In this document: in pieces, positions 50,786-61,438 of the stretch
Numbering within the stretch: the stretch's first letter is position 1
Layout of the letters: the number at the start of each line of letters is the position of its first letter
Origin: Selaginella moellendorffii
Lineage: Eukaryota > Plantae > Lycopodiophyta
Reading direction: 5' to 3'
DNA: 64,000 nt
Assembly: GCF_000143415.4 (NCBI RefSeq)
Contig: NW_003314306.1
Coordinates: 1 to 64,000, forward strand
Notes under the pieces: model-generated
Databases searched by the model: none
What the model was told of the DNA's origin: nothing
The model's input: the letters and a program-made list of their open reading frames with translations, nothing else
Program-made: the position numbers and the translations under genes

Positions 50786-52294
50786 CTATGAACCAGTTTT
50801 CTGGAATGGCGAGGTCTGAAGTCCCCACGGCACGTCTGGACAACTCCGAGCATTGTTCTGGACGGACTTTGCCTCGCTTGAAGAATCACAATTGCAGCCG
50901 TAGAACACTTTCGCGTGGAAGCAAGGCTCTGTGGAGTCCAACTTGGAGCAGTTTTTCTCATTCAAGAGCCACGGCTTGACTCCACCCAGGCCTTGAGCGG
51001 CGTATCCAAACGTGGAGCCGGGGCTCGTGACCAGCTCGGCACAGAATGAGAGAAGAAGCATATCAGCCAGGGCCTTCTCGTCGTGGTTACGGTCATTAGT
51101 CTGCTGCCATCGCTCCTTACTTGGAGCGAAAACTCGGACCAAGGAACCATCTACGGTGGGAGAGCTGACGTAAATTTCTCGAAGACCATCGAAGTACTGC
51201 CCGTCGAGTGATGCCACAACAACACCTATGATCTTGCCAGAAGCGCTTGAGTTCGATGCCACTGAAACATCAGGGAGCAGCTTGCTCTGGAGGAGACACT
51301 GGACCATTGCATCCGAGAAACTTTGCGCTCTACGAGATAGATCCTGGAAATTGGGCAACACTCTCATTTGGACACCGACAAGCTTGCTCGAGCCAGCCAT
51401 GTAAGTATCGTAAAATCTCGTCGCTCTATCCCAGGCAGCGTTTGAGGGATGGAAGAGATACTTCACCAAGTGTTGAAACACTGCCGCCTCTTGCCGTGGA
51501 AAGAGCTTGTCTAGCTCGGTTCTAAAACTTGGAACATAGTACAAGCTTGGGACGAAGTAGAGGTTTGTGGTGATCGTCAGCCATGGAAACTGATCACTGA
51601 TGTTTTGCTGTTGTTTCTCGCAGAAGAACTTGTCACCGATACTGTCGTAACCGTTCATAATCTCGATGTATGCGTGCCGCGCAAACTTCGCAGTACCAGG
51701 GTGACACTTATCAAAGCTGATCCTAAACTCGTCACTCCTGAGGAACTCGAGAGGAACATCCCGGGGAGCAAACCAGGAACTCCGAGGAAACGGCTCGCAG
51801 AAGAGCGCCTCCATGTCTTCGGCCGGATCGATCAACAAAACTCGACGGGTGAGCAAGGCGTAGAGAAAAGTCGCAGCGATCGACACCATCTTGTTCCCGA
51901 GGCCGCTGTTATCCAGCCAGAGGATGAACTTGCAATCATTGTTCTCCGTGGCCGTGCTCGAGTTAAACCAGGTCTGGGAATTACCTCTCGTGCAGCGAGC
52001 ATGGAACTCCTCGTAAGAACGAAGCCTGTCAATGAGATACTCCGATGGTACGTATTCCCAGTCTCTCTTACCGTAACGATGCTGCTCAAACCGGCTCTTG
52101 CATTTACCATGATCTTCTCGTGCAGGCAGCAGATTATAGAAGTTTGCTCGAGAAGAACTTGCGTCGCTCGCGGCACTGTGGTTGCTTCTTTCGTTCCTGG
52201 AGATGAAAAACTTAATCTTCTCTTGCTGGAACCAAACTACTGCCAGGAAAAAGAGGAAGAGGACGATGGTTGCCGCCTCTAAAACTCTCGGCAT
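50786..52294 (-). CDS. GT37 alpha-1,2-fucosyltransferase-like protein, intact, 502 aa
   Basis: Same motif set as 38904-40457, in an uninterrupted ORF. Confidence 0.93.
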   Translation of the reverse strand: MPRVLEAATIVLFLFFLAVVWFQQEKIKFFISRNERSNHSAASDASSSRANFYNLLPAREDHGKCKSRFEQHRYGKRDWEYVPSEYLIDRLRSYEEFHARCTRGNSQTWFNSSTATENNDCKFILWLDNSGLGNKMVSIAATFLYALLTRRVLLIDPAEDMEALFCEPFPRSSWFAPRDVPLEFLRSDEFRISFDKCHPGTAKFARHAYIEIMNGYDSIGDKFFCEKQQQNISDQFPWLTITTNLYFVPSLYYVPSFRTELDKLFPRQEAAVFQHLVKYLFHPSNAAWDRATRFYDTYMAGSSKLVGVQMRVLPNFQDLSRRAQSFSDAMVQCLLQSKLLPDVSVASNSSASGKIIGVVVASLDGQYFDGLREIYVSSPTVDGSLVRVFAPSKERWQQTNDRNHDEKALADMLLLSFCAELVTSPGSTFGYAAQGLGGVKPWLLNEKNCSKLDSTEPCFHAKVFYGCNCDSSSEAKSVQNNARSCPDVPWGLQTSPFQKTGS

Positions 52295-52427
52295 TGGGTG
52301 AAGTTTCTACCTGGTAGCTTGCTTCATCTATCAAATTCCATGAAACACTACAATCGAAGTTATATTTCATTGGATGCTTCGTCAAATGAATTGTCGTGAG
52401 CTTCTTGCTTTTCTTACCCTTGGAAAA

Positions 52428-52500
52428 GGGGATGTAGCTCAGATGGTAGAGCGCTCGCTTAGCATGCGAGAGGCACTGGGATCGATACCCGGCATATCCA
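52428..52500 (+). tRNA. tRNA-Ala(AGC)
   Basis: 73 nt cloverleaf with G3:U70 and perfect anticodon stem CTCGC/GCGAG. One G4-A69 acceptor mismatch. Confidence 0.85.
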
Positions 52501-52778
52501 TTCTTCTTCAGGGGTTAAGGCTTAACCAAAGTATGATTATATTTTCCAAGTGATCAGATACTCTTGTAGAGTCGGCCCAGAGGGACCCTCACTCCTTTTA
52601 ATTGCCAAGGCAATTTGGAGCGCGGAATCGAACTTGGGACTGCTTTGTAGTTAACAGGCTATAGTGTTCCGGATGTTCTTTTGAAACAAGGGGAGAAAGA
52701 TGGGAACTTTCGTTAAAACTATCTTAAACCCTAAACTCTAATGTAGCTATGGATGACTTGGCGTGCGCGTGATATTTG

Positions 52779-55700
52779 ATGGCGATTGGGGCTAGGGCAG
52801 CCAGGCGCTGTGCCGCTGCGCTCCTCCTCCTCTTCGTGCTCACCTTGCTCCGCGATGCAGCTAGATTGGATCGATTCTTGGGGCGATCGCCGCCTCTTCT
52901 TCCCCTTGCGCCTGGGATCTACAACACCTCCGGGGCGCCGCTTCCCCACAAGATCAATGTCCACATTGTGCCGCACACGCACGATGATGTGGGATGGCTC
53001 AAGACTGTGGATCAGTACTATGTTGGCTCCAACAATTCCATCCAGGTACTCTAGCTGGCCAAATTTCTGGCATTTTTCCTTTGTAAAGCTCCTTTTTTCC
53101 TGTAGATTGCCGCTGTCCAGTATATTATCGACTCTGTCATCCAGTCCCTGGAGGACAATCCAGATCGCAAGTTTATCTATGTTGAACAGGCAAGTCACTC
53201 ACGAAGCTACGCACAGTTCTTTCTTTGTGTTTGATTTTTTTCCATTGAATCGCTTTCGTTTCCCAGGCTTTTTTCCAGCGATGGTGGAGGGAGCAAACTC
53301 CTGCGAAGCAAAAAATCGTGCATCAAATGGTTGAGTCCGGTCAACTCGAGTTCGTGTAAGCTAGGTTTTTTTTTTCTCTCCTTTTTTTTTCCTTCTCTTT
53401 TAGTTCGAAGCTTTCTTATAATTGTTGCTACAGTAACGGGGCGTGGTGTATGCATGACGAAGCTGGTGCTAGCTACATCGACATGATCGATCAAACTACG
53501 CTTGGCCATCGGTTTATCAAATCCCAGTTTAACAAAATGCCTCGCATTGGATGGCAGATCGACCCGTTTGGCCATTCAGCTGTGCAAGCTTATCTTCTCG
53601 GAGCAGAGGTGATGCAACTGTCGGCTTCTAGCAGAAAAATAAGCGTCTCTCCGTTTGTTTCTGGCAGGTCGGCTTTGATGGTTTGTTTTTTGCACGGGCT
53701 GATTACCAAGACATTGCTAAACGACGAGCAACGCGCGGCATGGAGTTTGTATGGCAGGGATCCAGAACATTATCGTCGTCTTCACAAGTATAAACCCTAC
53801 ACCGCTCCAGTGTTTTATAAGTTTCTATTGCAGATCTTTGGAGGTATCCTCGCAAATCACTACTCTCCTCCAGAAGGGATGAATTTCGACTTTAAGTCCA
53901 ATGATCCTTTGATACAAGTAAGTTCAGCTGGCTGGTTTTTAAGGCAGAGAATGACCTGTATGCTCAGGACAATCCTCTTCTATACGACTACAATCTTCAG
54001 GAGCGAATTGACTTGTTTGTCAAGCGTGCTCAAGAACAGGCAATTATTTGAGTTCTTTTTTCGTTTATCAAGGACACTTGTATATACTTTCAGAGTGAGC
54101 AGTTCCGATCAAATCATATAATGTGGACTATGGGTCAAGACTTTAATTATGAGCAAGCAAATACTTGGTTCAAGCAGCTAGACAAGCTAGTGCACTATAT
54201 GAACAAGGTGTATATACTCTCGCCTTTTATTTTTTTTATTTTAACAGTATAGCTGCAGGATGGAAGAATTAATGTGTTTTACTCTACTCCATCTATCTAC
54301 GTAGATTCGAAAAATACTGCCAACATCACCTGGCCTTTGAAAACCGAGGACTTTTTCCCGTAAGTCTGCTATGCTTGGAATCCGTTAGATGACGACGTTG
54401 AATTTTTTTAAGCTACGCGAATTGCTCCCATTGCTACTGGACTGGTTATTTCTCAAGCCGCCTCGCTCTGAAAGGCTACGTTAGGAGGTTGTCTGCGTAC
54501 CTTATGGTAACATATTCACCATAATCATCTCATCGTTTCTTTCTTCTTTTAGGCCGCACGTCAGCTAGAGTTTGCGGTGGGCAGAAATTTTTCTGCAGAC
54601 AACACCGATTCTCTGGAGGATGCGCTCGCAATCCTCCAACATCACGATGCTGTAACTGGGACCGAGCAACAACATGTTGCAAATGACTATGCGAAGAGAC
54701 TCGCTACTGGGGCTTCCAAGGTTTTGATCTTGTCATATATTACAAAGAAATGACTCTGAAAAATATGTTTACAGGCTGCGAAGGTGATGGAGGTAGCCAT
54801 ATCCGTCCTAACGGCCTCCAGCTCCGCGCTTAATACTGCGACCAATTGGTTTGTTCCAATCTGGGAAAGATTAACGTCCTCCAAATACTTGTCCGTTTTA
54901 CCGAAAGGAATCAGTGGCAGATCTGCTCTGAGCTTTGATCAGGTATGCACTTTACAGGATTTTAGTATCTTTCTGATATTGTCTTCGCTACCTCTCTAGT
55001 GCCTGCTTTTGAATATTAGCTATTGCCCACCTTCTGAAGCCCAACTAGAGGATGGCACTTCTCTGGTAAGTGGTTACCCTGGCCAGTTGGCTGAATTCTT
55101 AGCATTTCTCGCAGGTAGTAGTTTTGTACAATACGCTTGGCTGGAGTCGTAAAGAGATGGTGCGAATTCCGGTATGTTGCAGGACATGCCTTGGCTTCAG
55201 CTCTGAAAACCAAGGTTTTCCTTTACAGGTTTCAAGTACACGTTTGCAAGTCAGAGATTCGACTGGGAATGCAATTCCGTCGCAGCTAATTCCTTTAGAC
55301 AGCGTGACAAAAAAACTGAAGGAGATTTATGTGAAGGCGTATACGGGCAACTCTTCCAGCAATGACGACGTTTACACTCTTGTGTTCAAAGCTTCTGTTC
55401 CGCCATTAGGATTTAATTCCTACTTCATCAGCGCGTCAAACGGTGCACATGGTAAGCTTATTTCCTTTGGTTGGACAACACGTTGCAAGTCTGTTTATGT
55501 AGGTTGTGCATCGCTCTCTTCTTTCAAAAATCATGAAAGCCCAAGGGAAGTATTCTCATCTAAAACCAAGCTTAAGTTCTCGTCCAGTGGACAGCTTCAA
55601 CAGTTTACGGATCGTAAATCTGGAGTAAGTGTGAGATTCTAGCTTGGAAGAAATTTACATTCTTGGATTTCTTATATCAGATTGTATCCGCTGTCAAGCT

Positions 55701-57422
55701 GTCATATTGCTGGTATAATTCAAGTGATGGTGTCACAGAAGAAGCCCGAGGCCAGGTAATTAAAAATTGCATACAAAGGTTATCAATTCCTTGATAGTAG
55801 TCTTCGGGAGCTTACGTGTTTCGTCCCAACTCTTCGTCCTGCTACCCCGTCGATAGCAAAGAGATGGTATGTGCGAAAACATATGTTCGGTATGCTTACA
55901 CAATATCCATAGGTTTCGAGCTATATAAAAGGTTCCTTGGTTGAAGAAGTACATCAAACGTTCTCTTCCTGGGTATTCCAGGTAAGGACTTGATTATCTT
56001 CGTCACAAGAGATATATATCAATTGGTTTTTCAGGTGCTGAGGCTTTACAAAGACGCGCAATATGCTGAAATCGAATACACAGTGAGCCTTCGCTTTGAT
56101 AACGTTTTCTGGAAAAACACAATGTACTGGTTGTGTTCGATGTGTTTCAGATCGGACCAGTTCCAGTAAACTCCAGTGATGCTGGCAAAGAAATAGTTAC
56201 CAGAATAAGCACGGACTTGGAAAGCGAAAAGATTTTTTACACGGATTCGAACGGTCGAGACTTTCTTAAGCGGGTAAGGATTCCCATGTTAAAGGTCCTG
56301 GCTTTAACGCGGTCTGTAGGTAAGAGATTTTAGAAGTGACTGGGAGCTCAATGCCACTGAACCAATATCGGGAAACTACTATCCGGTGAGGTGATCAGTG
56401 ACGGTCTCTTTGTGAAAACCATTTCCTCTTATGTAGATCAACCTGGGCATTTACTTGCAAGAAAACAATACGGAGTTCTCCGTGCTTGTGGATCGAGCAA
56501 TTGGCGGCTCTAGTCTAAAAGATGGTGACGTCGAGCTAATGGTGCAAAGGTATGCATATAGATGTCGATCGATATAGTTTGAAGCCTTGTGCTTTCTTCA
56601 GGCGCTTGTTACACGACGACCACAGAGGTGTTCAAGAAGCTTTAAACGAAACAATATGCATAGACAGCAACGAATGTGAAGGCCTGACGGTACTGTATCT
56701 TCTCAAACTTTAGTAGTCATTACTATTATCTTTGCATTGTCATTCAGGTTCGTGGCAAGTTTCTTCTTGGTTTACACTCGACACAGGAGTCTGCGAGATG
56801 GCGACGAAATCAAGGCCAGCGGCTTTATTCGCCTCTGGAAATGTTTTTCTCGAAGCTGTCTTCGAGCACTGGCAAGATAGGAAATCCAACATTCTCTGCA
56901 ACAGAGTCTGGCTACGAACTACCACAGAACATAGCTATCATCACGCTGCAGGTAATTTCGCTCGAAGCTAACGCGCTTCTATACTTTATCGCGTTTCTAT
57001 ACATCCAGGAAATGCAAAACGGGGATGTCCTACTGAGACTGGCTCATTTGTACGAGGTAGAACATTAGTTTGAAGTTTTTATAGTTCTCCCTTCTAACTT
57101 TTTTGCAGGCTGGGGAGGATATCGAGCTGTCCACGGTTGTGCGAGTCGATTTGCAGAAGATTTTTGGCCTGAGACAGGTTTTGTGTTTTCATCTACTTTG
57201 CATAGTGAAAACACTGGATTTGCACAGGTTGCAAGTGTTGTGGAGCTCAATCTTTCAGCTAACCAAGAGAGAGCTTCCATGAAACCTCTACAATGGCAAC
57301 TTGATCCGAACGTAGAGGATGCTGCCGCTGTTCACGTTCGCGGTCCACTTTTAAAGCCGGGCGATCGCCACATTGACATTGCTCCCATGGAAATCCGGAC
57401 CTTGCTCGTCACCTTTGGCTAG
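52779..57422 (+). CDS. GH38 (vacuolar/lysosomal-type) alpha-mannosidase, many short exons
   Basis: [54 protein letters not shown] and IAPMEIRT. Confidence 0.95.
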
Positions 57423-57678
57423 ACCTTGCAACACTCCAGGTACTAGCTTGACGGACAATTGTTGAATGAATCTCACACTTGAGATTGTTTGATTTGTGAG
57501 AGGTTAAGAAGCTTTGCTTATCAAAAGTACATGACATTCTATGTTTATATGACAAGAAACTCTACTTCAAGAGGTGACAGTGTGCAAAAGGAAAAGTTGG
57601 CAGAGCTAAGCATCTCCAAGTTGTGTAAGTCTTTTGGCCGTCTCCTCCTCAACTAATCACTCTCCTCCTGTGCATTGT

Positions 57679-59547
57679 TTAGCGCGCCTTTAGATCTCGG
57701 GAGGCAGCGATGCTGGACAGTAGAACATAAGCCGAGGAACACTCTCCATCCAGCTCCAAAATCTCTCTCGCAGCTCTCTTCCCACGAGTCCCGTCCTTGT
57801 GAGCTTTGCATCCCCCAAGCAAGCTCGTCCACGAGACATCATCCGCCGGGAAAGGCATCGTTTTGATGAGCTCCTCCGCCTCACCCAGCCTCCCTACGCG
57901 GCCGAGCACGTCGACGAGACAATGGTAGTGCTCCACCACCGGTTGCAAGCCGTGATCCTCCTGCATCGACCGGAAGTTCTCCAAAGCATCGTAGAAGAGA
58001 CCCGCGTGGCCGTGAGCCGCCAGGATGCTCGTGAACGTTCGCTCGTCCAGCCGGAATCCCTCGTTGATCATGTCGAGTTTGAGCGCAAGAGCTTGATCCA
58101 GGTGACCACTCTGAGCATACGCCTGGATCATGGAGTTCCAGGAGACCTGTGCTCGTCGCGGCATTCGATCAAAACATCTCCGAGCCTCCTCCAGGTGACC
58201 GCTCTCAGCGTACACTCCGATCATAGCGTTCCACGAGATTGTGTCTTGGAAAGGCATTGCATCAAACAGCAGCCTTGCCTCTCGCTCCTCCCTGCTCCGA
58301 CCAAACGCAGAGATCATGGAGTTCCAAGACGTGAGTGTGATAACCGGCATCCTCCAAAACGCGAGCTTGGCATCGCTGGTATACCGGGCTTGTGCATATC
58401 CCGCTGCCAGCAGCGTCCAAGAAATGATATTCTTCCGAGGCATCTGATCAAAAAATCTCTTGGCTTCCTCCGCAGACTGACACTCCACGCAAGCCAGAAT
58501 TGCTGTGTTCCAAGACACCAAATCCCGGCAAGGCATCGTTTCAAAGACCCCGATAGAATCCTCTCGATGCCCAGCTTGGGCATAAGCTGCCGATATCGCG
58601 TTCCATGATGTTATATCCCTCCTCGGCATCGCTTGAAAGAGGCTCAAAGCTTTTCCGACATCGCCATTTTCTCCATACGCTACAAGCATGGTCGTCCACG
58701 CCACAGCATCCTTGTGAGAAATCCCATCAAACAGCCTTCTCGCTAAAACCATATGCCCATTGTGGGCATACGCTGCTACCATGGTCGTCAAAGAAACCAC
58801 GTCTTTCACTGGCATCTTATCGAAAAACAGCCTCGCAGTGTGATAATCCCCAGCAGTGCAGTACGCAGTGATCATAGACGTCCACGACGCCAAATCCCAA
58901 AACGGCATTCTATCGAAAAGCCACTGTGATCGATCCATATGCCCAAGCTGGGCATTTGCCTGGACTAGAACGTTCCAGGAGATTTGATCCTTCTCCGGCA
59001 TCCTCTCCAGAAGAGCGATCGCGTGTTCGTGATCGCTCTCTTGCAAATACGCCTGCGCGATCGCATTGAGAGATTTCACGCTCCAGCTCGGCATCCTCTC
59101 GAAGAACCCTCGCGACTCCTCCAGATACCCCTCCTTGGCATACATTGCGACCATGGTCGTCCAGGTGATGATCCCACACTCTGGATTGGCATCAAAGACG
59201 CGCTTGGCCGCCGGCAAATCCCCGCTTCTACCGCACGCCGTGAGCATGATATTCCAGGAATACGCGTTGGGATGCCGGATGGAGTCGAAAACCTGGCGCG
59301 CGTCGTCGATGCTGCCGCATTTGCCATACATCTCCACCAGGAGATTGAGTAAGAAGACGTTGCCATGGTGCTGGCTGCTAGAAATCCGAGCGTGAGCCCC
59401 TCGTCCGGCGCTTAGATCCCTAGAATCGCCAAATCCCCGCACAAGCTGCGCAAAGAATGCCGGATCTTCCTGGACTTGGAACTCTGTGCTGAAGAATCGA
59501 TCGCGGTAGCAATGGCGATGGCGATTGCGATGGCGCCCAAATCGCAT
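57679..59547 (-). CDS. PLS-class PPR protein with E domain (organellar RNA editing factor type), no DYW
   Basis: MYGKCGSIDDARQVF, many 31-aa S/SS motifs (W..M..AYA..G....A..FD.MP), HYHCLVDVLGRVGRL, WTSLLGGC and AYVLLS. Confidence 0.92.
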   Translation of the reverse strand: MRFGRHRNRHRHCYRDRFFSTEFQVQEDPAFFAQLVRGFGDSRDLSAGRGAHARISSSQHHGNVFLLNLLVEMYGKCGSIDDARQVFDSIRHPNAYSWNIMLTACGRSGDLPAAKRVFDANPECGIITWTTMVAMYAKEGYLEESRGFFERMPSWSVKSLNAIAQAYLQESDHEHAIALLERMPEKDQISWNVLVQANAQLGHMDRSQWLFDRMPFWDLASWTSMITAYCTAGDYHTARLFFDKMPVKDVVSLTTMVAAYAHNGHMVLARRLFDGISHKDAVAWTTMLVAYGENGDVGKALSLFQAMPRRDITSWNAISAAYAQAGHREDSIGVFETMPCRDLVSWNTAILACVECQSAEEAKRFFDQMPRKNIISWTLLAAGYAQARYTSDAKLAFWRMPVITLTSWNSMISAFGRSREEREARLLFDAMPFQDTISWNAMIGVYAESGHLEEARRCFDRMPRRAQVSWNSMIQAYAQSGHLDQALALKLDMINEGFRLDERTFTSILAAHGHAGLFYDALENFRSMQEDHGLQPVVEHYHCLVDVLGRVGRLGEAEELIKTMPFPADDVSWTSLLGGCKAHKDGTRGKRAAREILELDGECSSAYVLLSSIAASRDLKAR

Positions 59548-59649
59548 TAACTCCTCTTCCACATCCGGGAATTTAGGGTTCTTGGCCTTCCAGATAAAAT
59601 ATTTTTCAAGATATACATTCTCTTGGCGGAGAAAGAAGCGAGAGAGGCG

Positions 59650-61379
59650 ATGGCCTCTGTGGCTCAGCGCTACCCCGCCTTGATCTTCCCATCGTCTCTC
59701 TTCCGCAAGCCCGATGCGCGGTGCGCTGCCACTGGCGATGATGGATTCAAAGCGCCGGATCGAGCAACGGTGTCATCGGCGGCTTCTTCTTCTCCGGATT
59801 ACAAGCCCTTGGATCTTGGCCCGGCGGAGCTCAAGCTCTCTTTGCAAGACGAGCCGGCGAGCAAGAAGAAGGAAGAGGTGCGTAAGCTCGAGGTAGAAGG
59901 CGAGATTGGAGCCAGCAGAACGAGGATTTTGGAGGAATTTCGCAAAGGACTCAAGGACAAGAGCGCTGGAGAGCTCGCATTGTATGGCGGGATTGCCGGT
60001 GTCGGGCTTGCGATTGGAGGCAGTGTGCTGAGCTCGCTGGAGGTCTTGCCGCTGGTTCCCGAGGCGCTCCAGGCAGTGGGCGTGGGCTACTCGATCCTCA
60101 TCGCTGGGTAAGCGATCAGATAGATTTCTTTCTCGGTATTCTCTTGTGTTTCTTCTTTCTTGAAAGCTTGACGGAGTTTTGTTCGTGTGTAGTCGAGCTT
60201 TGAAAGGGAAGAACAATGTGCTCGTTGCGACTTCTCCGTTCAAGGCCATCAGTGAGTTGGTCGACAGTAGCGAGAATTCACGCGTCCAACGGACGACGGT
60301 AGTTCTTCCTCGCGTAATTGATTCTTCTTCTTCTTCGATGTAGATTTAATGCTTGCAAAAAACTTACAGGATATGGACGAGGCTGTCGTGCAAGCGCTGG
60401 AAAAACTTGCCAAGGAACGCGACGCAGCAGTGAACAAAGTATGTTCTCACTCGTTCCTTTTCGATTGTTGTCTCAACGACAGTTTTTCATCAGGTGGAAG
60501 AAATGAAGCAAGCCGCTAGTGATTTCGCCCGCTTGGTTTCTGAGAAGGAGGCTCTTGAAGCGGTCGCAATGGAGCTTGTCAAGGAGAGGGACTCTGCAAT
60601 CTCCGAGGTAGATCACAGTTGCCATTTCTTTCTTTTCCGTGGATGAGATGATGTGCTCGTAGTGTAGGTGTCGGGGCTCAGAAAAGCTGTCGAGGCCATG
60701 CAGGGGAGAATCTCTTCCGTGGAGAAAGCTCTAGCTCAAGAAGTCCAACAATTCAGGCAACAAAACGAGGCACTGGAGGTGCTAGCATGTCAGCTGGCAA
60801 CCGAGAGGGACTCGGCTTTACAGGAGGTTTATCGGTTTAGTCTTCTTTCCACTTGATGTTTGCTGATTCTCCGCGCTCCAGGTTGCGAGGTTGAAAGAAA
60901 TGGCATCCCAAAGCGAACGATCCGAGGCAGAGAAGCAGTCTCTGGAAGCCGTCGCTTTGCGTCTCACCGAAGAACGAGACGGTGCTCTCCAAGAATTGGA
61001 GCAGCTTAAAAAGGTGAGCAAGAAAAAAAAACTTTCACCTGTGCTTCAAATCTTTCACACTCTCAGGTTGTCGCGGAGCTTCGAGCATCAGATTCGGGCC
61101 TCACGCCGGAGCAAGAGCTCTTCATAAAGGAGAAAGTTAGAGCTGCTAGATCACAGTACATTGATATCTCACAAGGCTATGACAAACAGGTATGTGATCT
61201 TCTGGTGACCTTACTTACAGTGGAGACACTGCTTGTTCTAGGAGAAGGAGGTGCAAACATTCGTCTCCCATCTTGTAGAAGAGTATGGGGCGCCCCGAGA
61301 GTGGACTCTAAATTACATGAAACAATTTCTAGACTCCAAGACTTTCGTGGTGAATGAAAATAGTCACACTGACTTCTGA
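59650..61379 (+). CDS. CURT1/CAAD-domain protein with a long repeated coiled-coil C-terminal extension, 8 exons
   Basis: Transit-like N-terminus. CAAD-like TM hairpin ALYGGIAGVGLAIGGSVLSSLEVLPLVPEALQAVGVGYS. Exons with ERDxA repeats. TGA at 61377-61379. Confidence 0.75.
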
Positions 61380-61438
61380 TTTTCAAGGTATTTTTTATTC
61401 TTTTTTGCCAACTATTGATGTTAAATCTTTGCATGCCT

